Below, one piece after another: positions 55,362 through 63,014 of a DNA stretch of 63,014 nucleotides. The translations under genes and the position numbers were made by a program. Source of the stretch: a virus (Duplodnaviria > Heunggongvirae > Uroviricota > Caudoviricetes); IMG/VR virus record IMGVR_UViG_3300045988_147415; one strand, 5' to 3'. The notes beneath the pieces were generated by a model. The model was not told where the DNA came from and did not search any database. It worked only from the letters and a program-made list of their open reading frames with translations. Positions within the stretch are counted from its first letter, which is position 1. The number at the start of each line of letters is the position of its first letter.

Positions 55362-57044
55362 TTAATTGCTCATCACAAATTTTGCAAAGTTTATTAACTG
55401 TTCTGGCGTCCAGTTTTCCGGATCGTCACCGGACGACAACGGCGCGGATTCATACATTCCATGCTCGTTGTTTTGCTCTGATTCATTCGCCTTAAACTCT
55501 TTGATCATGGTATTGAGAGTGTCATCGTCGATGTGCAGCTGTTCGGTGAACAGATAGCGCATAAACGCGTCGCTGCCAGCCAGTTTCGGGTTGTTCTGGA
55601 CCTGGTCCATAATTTGGGAGATGACAGCAACAAAGTTGGCGCGTGCATCCAGTTCTCGGTTTTCCTCTTCCTGGATAGCAGTGTTCATTGAGTTGAATTG
55701 CACGTCATAAGGACGGTTTTTTTCGGTGTAAACCTTCCCGTATTTATAAGCGAGGTGAATATCATGAAGCCGATAAATAGTTCGCTGGGCGGCCTGTCTG
55801 ATCCAGTTCGCACGTAATGCGGCCTGGATAGCTGTTTGTTGCCATCCGCCCTCTCCAAGCCCACCGCTCATTTGATCTGCCCAGCCGAGCATCGTGGCGT
55901 CAATGCCTAAACTGGCCGCTAACTGACGAAGATGAAACATAACGTCTTCAATGCCGCTGATATCTGCGGGTATAGACTGCGTATCAATAGTGATGCCGTT
56001 CTTCCCATCTCCCATAACAGGTATCAGATGGTTAAGCACAGTCGGAATAGCGTTGGCATTAATCGACCTTTGCGCCACCAGGTCACTATGACGCTTCAAT
56101 GCCTGGCTGACGCCACGCGTATAGTTCGCCGCATTAACCGGGTCCAGTGTGTTCGTGGTAAGAGCAATCAGGCGGTCAATTTTGGCTGCATTATTTCGCG
56201 TTGATTTCAGCGCGGCGAGCGCAGCACATAAATTCAGGTAAGGTTCATAGCTGTATTCAAGGAATGAAGTTCCGTAATTCTGCGTCTCCATTAACGGCTT
56301 ATCAGCCTGCTCACTTAACAGTGAGTACCCTTTTGTGCCGTAGCTAACCGGAATAACTTTATGCTGTGGCGTCCAATAGGGATTTTTCATGGAAACCAAA
56401 TTCCACGGTTCGGTTATTACTCTGCGCAAACTATGCGTATCCAGGATGTAATCACCACTGAAACCTACCAGCTGGCTACCACGATAAAACTCCTGGACGA
56501 AGTGTGGCAGAGTGTAATAACTGGACTCAATGCCTGTTATCCCCCTGCCCTGTTCAGCATAAGGGCGGACATAAGACACCCCAAAGATCGCCATAATCAT
56601 GGCCCATGAAGGAAGTCCGTCATTAATCATCGCCCCCAAATCAGCAGTTAACTCTTCACACCTACTTACCGCCTCGGCATCGGAACCATCTTTTGGCGAA
56701 AGCATGAATGCCAGCCCGGTTTTCTTTGAAGGCGCAAGCGCATGTGCAATATGAATGTTTAAAGCCGTCGAGATAGTCGGGCTTTTAGCCATCGTTTCCA
56801 GGATGTTGTACTTTTGCAGGCGCTCGCCTGGCAGTTCAGCGGATAAAGAAATTGAATCTGCTGCACTCGTCATGCCATCGCTGTTGCTCCCCAGTATACC
56901 TGGACGTAAAGCAGACAGGCCGGAACGAGCAACGACACTATGCCCGCTCGTAAAAACGACCGGATCGGCGGGCGTAACATCACCACCGTTGAAGGCTTTC
57001 TTCAATGCTGACAGAAAGCCTTTGTTTTTGTCTTTCGTTGCCAT
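55362..57044 (-). CDS. putative portal-like head protein
   Basis: 560-aa ORF in the structural operon; assignment by size and position only. Confidence 0.35.
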   Translation of the reverse strand: MATKDKNKGFLSALKKAFNGGDVTPADPVVFTSGHSVVARSGLSALRPGILGSNSDGMTSAADSISLSAELPGERLQKYNILETMAKSPTISTALNIHIAHALAPSKKTGLAFMLSPKDGSDAEAVSRCEELTADLGAMINDGLPSWAMIMAIFGVSYVRPYAEQGRGITGIESSYYTLPHFVQEFYRGSQLVGFSGDYILDTHSLRRVITEPWNLVSMKNPYWTPQHKVIPVSYGTKGYSLLSEQADKPLMETQNYGTSFLEYSYEPYLNLCAALAALKSTRNNAAKIDRLIALTTNTLDPVNAANYTRGVSQALKRHSDLVAQRSINANAIPTVLNHLIPVMGDGKNGITIDTQSIPADISGIEDVMFHLRQLAASLGIDATMLGWADQMSGGLGEGGWQQTAIQAALRANWIRQAAQRTIYRLHDIHLAYKYGKVYTEKNRPYDVQFNSMNTAIQEEENRELDARANFVAVISQIMDQVQNNPKLAGSDAFMRYLFTEQLHIDDDTLNTMIKEFKANESEQNNEHGMYESAPLSSGDDPENWTPEQLINFAKFVMSN

Positions 57045-57108
57045 GAATCACCGCAAATTGTTTCCAGTTTTGCGGCAGCATAATCAGTATGTGATTTCAG
57101 CGGTTGGT

Positions 57109-58506
57109 TTAGTTTTCCGTACGGCAATTATTTAGATCTGTAGAATTTTCAAACATAGCAAAGTTCAGACCTTTCCCTTCGCCAAATTCACCCTCAATTT
57201 CATCAGATACAGCAGACAAAATACGACGCAGATCAACATCGCCACCGCCGAACATATCGCCCAATGCCTGTTGTTTATGAGTCAGCTCGTCGTTGATTTT
57301 TTGCGCCATTTTTTTGAATGCTGCCCCCATACGCTTCGCACTGCGATTATTTGCTACGATGAATAACGCCAATGCCTCAGCTTCCGGTGTACTGTCGCCG
57401 AATAACCCCCTTTGGGCGATCACTTCTTCAACGGCCTGACCGTTGTCTTTGGCTTCACGTACAAGATTAATTGCTTCCTGGAGTGCTGCTATCGCCTGTG
57501 TATCCAGGCCATTAACCTGCTCTATACCGTCCACTAAGCCTGTTACTGCGTCATGGTGAGCGTCGCCAGACAGCGACTGCATTTGCGCAAAATCGCTGGC
57601 TGCCGTATTTAATGCGGTCAGGATATTACGCATTTCCGGATCTGGCTCTTCCGACACCAGCCGAACAAGCCTTTCATCCTTGTACGCTTTGGCAAAAATT
57701 GCATTCTGGATGCGATCGATAAGCTGTTTCGTGGGACGCCCATCGGCAGTAAGCAAGCCTGCCGTCGCTGTATCGCCAATTTCGCGCAAAAACGCACGAA
57801 TAAACGCATCATTGGACCGCGCCAGCAGATTTCCATCATCTGAAGGATTAAATAGCGCCATGACGCTCTCAGTGAGAAATTGCGCATCCGCATACGCTTT
57901 TTCACTTGCTGCCATCTCTTGCAGATCGCTAATGTTTGAATCGCGGGCAAATTGAGCGCGGTCTACATCTGTGAGTCTTTCTCGCACCAGTACGGGCATA
58001 GACATTTGCGAAATTTCGTCAGGATTCAGACCAAACTCTTTCGCATGGTCGATCAGGTACTGGCGATACTCATCCGCCTGTCCTTGCTCATAGGCACGCC
58101 AGATACCCATACTCCTTCCGTTGCCGGATTCAACAACGTTGTCCGGACCAACTATCGGCGCTCCGTGGCTGCTCATACCGGAATCCGTTAATTGTGCCGG
58201 GCGTAAATTGGAGGCAATACGGTTAACCTGGAGTTTGCTGGATAGCCGGGTACGATCTCGTGGTTGGAGTTCTTCCGGGAAGGCCGGGTTAATCGTACCG
58301 TCAAGGTTGTTCGAAATGATCAGACTGCTGGCATCAACGACCTTAAAAGCCGTCTTTACCTCTGCACCTTTGCTGGTGACTACGTAGCTACTTCGCCCCA
58401 GGCGTGTTTCTTTCCTCTCTAATGAAGAAACCAGAGCAATGACGCTGTTAATATCTGCGGCCCCGGAAAGCGCAGAAGTAACTGATTTGTTCAAAATACA
58501 CTCCAA
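57109..58506 (-). CDS. hypothetical phage structural protein
   Basis: 465-aa Ala/Glu-rich ORF in the same operon. Confidence 0.35.
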   Translation of the reverse strand: MECILNKSVTSALSGAADINSVIALVSSLERKETRLGRSSYVVTSKGAEVKTAFKVVDASSLIISNNLDGTINPAFPEELQPRDRTRLSSKLQVNRIASNLRPAQLTDSGMSSHGAPIVGPDNVVESGNGRSMGIWRAYEQGQADEYRQYLIDHAKEFGLNPDEISQMSMPVLVRERLTDVDRAQFARDSNISDLQEMAASEKAYADAQFLTESVMALFNPSDDGNLLARSNDAFIRAFLREIGDTATAGLLTADGRPTKQLIDRIQNAIFAKAYKDERLVRLVSEEPDPEMRNILTALNTAASDFAQMQSLSGDAHHDAVTGLVDGIEQVNGLDTQAIAALQEAINLVREAKDNGQAVEEVIAQRGLFGDSTPEAEALALFIVANNRSAKRMGAAFKKMAQKINDELTHKQQALGDMFGGGDVDLRRILSAVSDEIEGEFGEGKGLNFAMFENSTDLNNCRTEN

Positions 58507-58588
58507 CTATAGAGAAAGCTGTGAGTGTAAAAAGTGTGTGATTTATGTGAGAACAGATAAGTGAAAGGGGCATTTCAGCCCCTTTTGA

Positions 58589-58957
58589 TTACCCGGCATA
58601 ACCGTTAGCTTTCACCCAGCTTATGGTCTGCTCTTTAGCCTGCTCCAACGTAAGGAACTCGCCAACATAGTTTGAGATCCCACGCAGCGCATCAATAAAT
58701 TCCATTTGTGTGGACTTTGTGAACACACCGCCCAGGAAGTCAGTCACTATCTTAGGGACTTCATCTACAACAGGATCAGTCTGTTGTTGCGGTTCCGCTG
58801 CCGGTTGCGCGGCAGTCCCCAGGCCCAATTTCAGCATCACATCAACAATCTGCTTACCAATGGTGACGCGTTGCAATACTGGCGCAGTTTTCTGCGCCTG
58901 CATTAGATCTGATAGCTCTTTACCTAATTTCAGGCGGTCTAAAACAGAGATGGTCAT
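58589..58957 (-). CDS. hypothetical protein downstream of the DarA-like gene
   Basis: 122-aa ORF coupled to the upstream gene. Confidence 0.4.
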   Translation of the reverse strand: MTISVLDRLKLGKELSDLMQAQKTAPVLQRVTIGKQIVDVMLKLGLGTAAQPAAEPQQQTDPVVDEVPKIVTDFLGGVFTKSTQMEFIDALRGISNYVGEFLTLEQAKEQTISWVKANGYAG

Positions 58958-60894
58958 TAAGCACCTCCCTGCTGAATTTCAGCCAGAATGTTGATCAGGT
59001 AGTCAACTGCTGCACCAACAGTGGCTTCGTTCTCGTCGTATCGACCTGCACTGATTAGAGCGTTTGCAGCTTCCTGCACATGGTCAAGTTCGGCACTGAT
59101 TACCGTCAGATCGCGAGATGTAAACTGCACCGGGACGGATTTAAGGTACTCCAACGCTTTATCTGCTTCCTGATCAGCTTCAGTTGCCGCTTCTTCAGCG
59201 TCTTCCGGCGTTGGCTGTTGCTCTGGTGCTGTTTGTGGGTGTGATTCTGGCTCAACTACAGGTGCTAATTCAGGCTCTGGCGTTGCTTCGTTTGAATGAT
59301 TTTGAAGGGCGTTATATACGTCCATAATGAAAAGGTTCTCCCCATCACCAAGCGGATAAGCCACGTTCGGAAACTCTTTGCGGAAAAGAATTTTTACTTG
59401 CGCCTTGAATGTTTTCAAGTCGCTGCCAAACAGGTCTACATAGCCATCAATGTGTTCTGCCATGCTGGACGCAACCAGTTCCCTCGCCATATTTTTCAGT
59501 TCATCGTCATCAGGTAGATAGCGTAATTCATACTGACTGACTTCTTCATCTGTCAGTTTACGGTCATACGTAATGATACCGTGACGAGCATATTCGTAAT
59601 ACTGATCAGCCTGGTCAGGACGATCAAGCACGGCTTTATTTCCATCCGGCACAGCACCAACACCAGCCGGGCGAGATTGAAGTGCATAGTGGTATTTACC
59701 TACATCTTGGCTCTCTGGTTGTGATACTGGGTTCGTCTCGGGGTCTGTCTGTGGTGGTTCGGAGTCTTCCTGCTGGCCTGGTAACACATCAACTTTATAT
59801 TTATCTGCGTTATGCTCTCGGTAGGCTTTAAGTAATTTGGTTGCAGCATCTGCCAAACTGCCTCCTTTGACAGCACTGGCATCAATACTGAATTTACCTT
59901 CAGGTGCTACTATCGTAACGAAATTGTCACTGCCGGACGTGACATAATTAACTTCAGCGCCATTATCCAGCACTGTTTTTCCGTCAATGGCAAGATTATG
60001 TTTTACATGTCGCAGCTGGTCACTAAACGCTCGCTCTTTCGTTTTTTCACCTTTAGCAGACAACAATTTATCGCGTTTTGCTTGTAATTCCTCGTTGATG
60101 GCTTTCTGGGCATCAAGTTTTTTTTGCATCTCCGTAAGAGCAGCACGCTTTTCAGTCAGCCCACGTTGCGCAACGTCCACCTGATCAATCATTATTGACC
60201 GTTCTTCTGCCAGTTTATCTGCTTCATTGAGATAACTCTCAATATCTGCCTTCATTTTGTCCTGGCGCTCTTTTGCTTTCTTAAATTTTTCGCTGTTACG
60301 CTCAATCAAATTAGATAGCGCCTGGCATACCTGGCTTAAAGAAACATCTCTCCCACCAATCGGGGCGACAACGTGAGTTACGTTACGCTTATTAAGTAAA
60401 AACTGAAATGCAACAAGCTCGTCGTTACTCTTTATTTTTGCCCCGTCAGCTGTTGGAGAGTGGAAAATTATGCTTGTACTCTGCCCGTCAGTAAGCGGTA
60501 TCTGCGCGGTCAAAACAGGGATATTAGCTATCCGACGCACACGACCGATAATCGCACCACCAATACAATTACGTCCATTTTCATCGGTCCCAGCTTCATC
60601 AGTCCCTGCCATAATATTCGTACCATTCAGGCCACGATTCAGCGCACGGACGAAAGCTCGCATTGTTTGAGCTAACCGAATTCTGGTTGTAGTTATGGAC
60701 TCAAACATAGCTTCGTCAGACACAACCAGAATTTCATTGCCCATATAGGCAAGCTCAATATCTTCTAAGGTCGCCGCCTCAAAAATCAGGTCATCTTCGT
60801 TTAATTCTTCTGAAGACCAGCGACTTGGCATATAGCCGGGGATCGTATCAGCAAAAGTAGACTGAATATTAATTCGTAAAGGATTGTTAATCAT
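58957..60894 (-). CDS. large internal-head-type protein (DarA-like by size and operon context)
   Basis: About 645 aa with central coiled-coil and Pro/Glu-rich low-complexity segments; start at internal ATG (MINNPL) with GGAGG RBS. Confidence 0.35.
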   Translation of the reverse strand: MINNPLRINIQSTFADTIPGYMPSRWSSEELNEDDLIFEAATLEDIELAYMGNEILVVSDEAMFESITTTRIRLAQTMRAFVRALNRGLNGTNIMAGTDEAGTDENGRNCIGGAIIGRVRRIANIPVLTAQIPLTDGQSTSIIFHSPTADGAKIKSNDELVAFQFLLNKRNVTHVVAPIGGRDVSLSQVCQALSNLIERNSEKFKKAKERQDKMKADIESYLNEADKLAEERSIMIDQVDVAQRGLTEKRAALTEMQKKLDAQKAINEELQAKRDKLLSAKGEKTKERAFSDQLRHVKHNLAIDGKTVLDNGAEVNYVTSGSDNFVTIVAPEGKFSIDASAVKGGSLADAATKLLKAYREHNADKYKVDVLPGQQEDSEPPQTDPETNPVSQPESQDVGKYHYALQSRPAGVGAVPDGNKAVLDRPDQADQYYEYARHGIITYDRKLTDEEVSQYELRYLPDDDELKNMARELVASSMAEHIDGYVDLFGSDLKTFKAQVKILFRKEFPNVAYPLGDGENLFIMDVYNALQNHSNEATPEPELAPVVEPESHPQTAPEQQPTPEDAEEAATEADQEADKALEYLKSVPVQFTSRDLTVISAELDHVQEAANALISAGRYDENEATVGAAVDYLINILAEIQQGGA

Positions 60895-61522
60895 GCTCAT
60901 CCTCCAGGCGCGCGATTTCTTCTTTAAGAGCACGTGTCTTAGCTACTTCCTGAGACAAGGCAGCTTTAACGTTACCCGTATCTTGCATTACTTTGTCTGA
61001 CTTGCTCTGGAGTTTAGACAGTTTGTCGTTAGCATTAGCGATATCTTCACGGAGTGCATCACGTGATTCTTTCGCTTCAGCTAATTTCTGAGCGTTAGAT
61101 TTAACTCCCTGCCGCTTCTTATTTCCGTCATCAATATTTTTTGCTGCACGAGCAAGTTTTCGAGCTAATGACTTCTGGAAAGAAGTTGCTCCGCGATTAA
61201 ATAAAGCCGCAAGAGATTGCCCCAAAGCCGACATTGTTTTTACTGGCTTGAACGGTACTGTTTTACCATTCAGTTTGATCCCAGATATATCACCGGTATC
61301 GTTAACCTGAACTTCCATTGTCTGTTCATCAATACCAATAAGGGTAAACGTGCGCGTCATGATCCCATCTTTCTTCCTGCCATTACTGGCAGGGATCACC
61401 CTCGCTATCTTGTAACCACCTTTGCTGATTTCTTTGACGAGTTTTGCCAGCCCCTTTTCGTTTAACTCATCATAATTAAGAAGAACATAATTATTCTTAT
61501 TTGACATCCCAGTCTCCTTCAC
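60887..61522 (-). CDS. hypothetical protein with C-terminal coiled-coil
   Basis: 211-aa ORF between the antiholin-like and DarA-like genes. Confidence 0.4.
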   Translation of the reverse strand: MKETGMSNKNNYVLLNYDELNEKGLAKLVKEISKGGYKIARVIPASNGRKKDGIMTRTFTLIGIDEQTMEVQVNDTGDISGIKLNGKTVPFKPVKTMSALGQSLAALFNRGATSFQKSLARKLARAAKNIDDGNKKRQGVKSNAQKLAEAKESRDALREDIANANDKLSKLQSKSDKVMQDTGNVKAALSQEVAKTRALKEEIARLEDEHD

Positions 61523-61943
61523 GCTTTTCGATCGTAAACTGGCGCTCTATGCAGTCATTGATAGGGAAAATGCGATAAAGCGGATTCAGTCGGCAGTTAC
61601 CGTTAGTCAATGTGACTTTCAGATCCCACTTCGTTGGCTCAAGATATTTCGTATCGATGAGCAAATACTCTTCTCTCTCACCGCGTTTTGAGGCGTCAAC
61701 TGGTCGCGTTTTCCCTGAAATAACCACAGATGGATTTTTCAGGTCTTGCAACCAATATTCGATTTGAGCATTGCTGACCCAGCTTCGCTTAACACGTAGC
61801 GAAACAGGAAATGCTATAGCTGATTCTTTCACTACAGCGTCACCAATACTCAAAATCTCAACACTCTTGCGACGAAAAATGAAACGGTCAATGATGGCAA
61901 CAAATGCCATGATAAAAATGAAATAATTTCCAAAGTTACCCAT
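61497..61943 (-). CDS. putative holin antagonist (LydB-like by position)
   Basis: 148 aa with one N-terminal hydrophobic helix; ATGA-coupled to the upstream holin-like gene. Confidence 0.3.
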   Translation of the reverse strand: MGNFGNYFIFIMAFVAIIDRFIFRRKSVEILSIGDAVVKESAIAFPVSLRVKRSWVSNAQIEYWLQDLKNPSVVISGKTRPVDASKRGEREEYLLIDTKYLEPTKWDLKVTLTNGNCRLNPLYRIFPINDCIERQFTIEKREGDWDVK

Positions 61944-62269
61944 TATTTCTCTCCACCTTTTCCCCCATTCGCTATTACGCTTAAGAGATTCAAGACGTTA
62001 CTAGCTCTGGACTTCAAGCCCTGTAAAATTTCACTACCGTTGTTACTGGCAATCAGAACAACACAGAAAATGATGCCTTCAGGCCATTCTTGGCTAACCG
62101 CCACCCCATACCCCGCAAGCCCGGCTGTTACCGCAGTAAACAATTCACTCGCAAGATTGAGCAGGGACGCAGAAATGCGCCCGTCTCTAACTCCGAGAAG
62201 GAATACGCCGGTTCCACTTAGTAGGGATGTTATGACTACTACAGCCAGATTTTCATAATCTGCAAACAT
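61943..62269 (-). CDS. putative holin (three transmembrane segments, LydA-like)
   Basis: 108 aa; three hydrophobic helices and a charged C-terminus; GGAGGGG RBS. Confidence 0.4.
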   Translation of the reverse strand: MFADYENLAVVVITSLLSGTGVFLLGVRDGRISASLLNLASELFTAVTAGLAGYGVAVSQEWPEGIIFCVVLIASNNGSEILQGLKSRASNVLNLLSVIANGGKGGEK

Positions 62270-62347
62270 ACCCCTCCAGAAATAACATCTAATGCGCCAC
62301 TAACTTAGTCAGTTTGTTATTTCCTTACAGGACATCTTCTAAAATCT

Positions 62348-62373
62348 CCCCCCTTAACATACAAGGGGGGACA
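62348..62373. promoter_or_regulatory. GC-rich hairpin in the divergent promoter region immediately upstream of cin
   Basis: TCCCCCCTT-AACATAC-AAGGGGGGA; the stem ends 2 nt before the cin ATG. Confidence 0.3.
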
Positions 62374-62374
62374 T

Positions 62375-62935
62375 ATGCTTATTGGATACATTCGCGTATC
62401 AACTAATGACCAAAACACCGCTTTACAACGAAACGCCCTTGAAAGCGCAGGATGTGAGCTAATTTTTGAGGATAAGGCGAGCGGCAAAAAGGCTGAACGC
62501 CCAGGGTTAAAAAAGGTTCTGCGTATTCTTTCCAGAGGTGACACCCTGGTCGTATGGAAGTTAGATCGTCTTGGGCGCAGCATGCGTCACTTGGTTGTGC
62601 TGGTGGAAGAGCTGCGTGACAGAGGCATTAACTTCCGAAGTCTCACTGACTCCATCGACACCAGTACACCAATGGGGCGCTTTTTCTTTCACGTAATGGG
62701 GGCGCTGGCAGAAATGGAACGTGAGCTTATCGTTGAACGTACACGCGCAGGACTTGATGCAGCTCGCGCAGAAGGTCGTATAGGTGGGCGTCGGCCTAAA
62801 TACAAAGAAGAAACATGGCAGCAAATGCGGCGATTGCTGGAGAAGGGCATCCCCCGTAAGCAGGTTGCAATCATCTATGATGTGGCTGTTTCCACGCTTT
62901 ATAAGAAGTTTCCGGCGTCATCATTTCAATCCTAA
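62375..62935 (+). CDS. cin: serine DNA invertase (Cin/Gin/Hin/Pin family)
   Basis: MLIGYIRVSTNDQNT...GDTLVVWKLDRLGRSMRHLV...GINFRSLTDSIDTSTPMGRFFFHVMGALAEMERELI...IPRKQVAIIYDVAVSTLYKK matches Cin/Gin throughout. Confidence 0.9.
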   Translation: MLIGYIRVSTNDQNTALQRNALESAGCELIFEDKASGKKAERPGLKKVLRILSRGDTLVVWKLDRLGRSMRHLVVLVEELRDRGINFRSLTDSIDTSTPMGRFFFHVMGALAEMERELIVERTRAGLDAARAEGRIGGRRPKYKEETWQQMRRLLEKGIPRKQVAIIYDVAVSTLYKKFPASSFQS

Positions 62936-62955
62936 ACCTTGGTTTAAGAGAACTC
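62924..62955. other. candidate crossover site (cix/gix/hix-like) overlapping the 3' end of cin
   Basis: TTCAATCCTAAACCTTGGTTTAAGAGAA contains the AAACCTTGGTTT palindromic core seen in hix/gix sites. Confidence 0.45.
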
Positions 62956-63014
62956 GGTACCAGTGGTGAAAAGATCCCCCTGTTGAGCACGGCTAACACA
63001 TGGAGTGCGCGCCA

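Noticed and set aside
62348-62373. GC hairpin upstream of cin considered as an intrinsic terminator
   Set aside because: It sits between divergent start codons with no U tract in the right position on either strand; more likely a regulatory or structural element
1-63014. Scan for transposases, IS elements or a lambda-type tyrosine integrase with att repeats
   Set aside because: None found; the only recombinases are the Cre-like and Cin-like enzymes

Overview
The window holds the 3' end of chromosomal glnS (2..247) followed directly by what looks like a P1-like temperate phage (phage-plasmid family) genome segment. All calls are from reading the sequence and ORF track by eye; no database search or RNA folding was run, and hand-derived coordinates for RNA genes, sites and motifs may be off by 1-2 nt. 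Left to right: a Dam methylase / C5-methylase-like / RdgC operon; a baseplate gene block; a HigB/HigA toxin-antitoxin pair; AT-rich cargo islands; an immI-like cassette (antisense-RNA region, icd-like, Rha-type antirepressor); a Ref-like HNH protein; a long run of small translationally coupled accessory genes including a Ser/Thr phosphatase and Ea22-like proteins; a LexA-box-controlled humD-phd-doc module; a catalytically degenerate terminase-ATPase paralog; dUTPase; a Cre-like recombinase with a lox-like 34-bp site; a candidate repressor; pacB/pacA terminase genes with an internal GATC cluster; five tRNA genes with repeated hairpin trailers; a 1.2-kb structured noncoding region; a VRR-NUC nuclease; a 2278-aa methyltransferase-helicase (DarB-like); a second, split immI-like cassette; head and lysis-like genes; and a Cin-type invertase with a crossover-like site at the window edge. 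A ~20-bp operator-like motif (core TTTCTAACA) recurs at 13 or more promoter-proximal positions. The most interesting candidates are the two immI-like cassettes with different antisense specificities, the degenerate terminase paralog, the divergent Cre/lox pair, and the AT-rich cargo island next to higBA.
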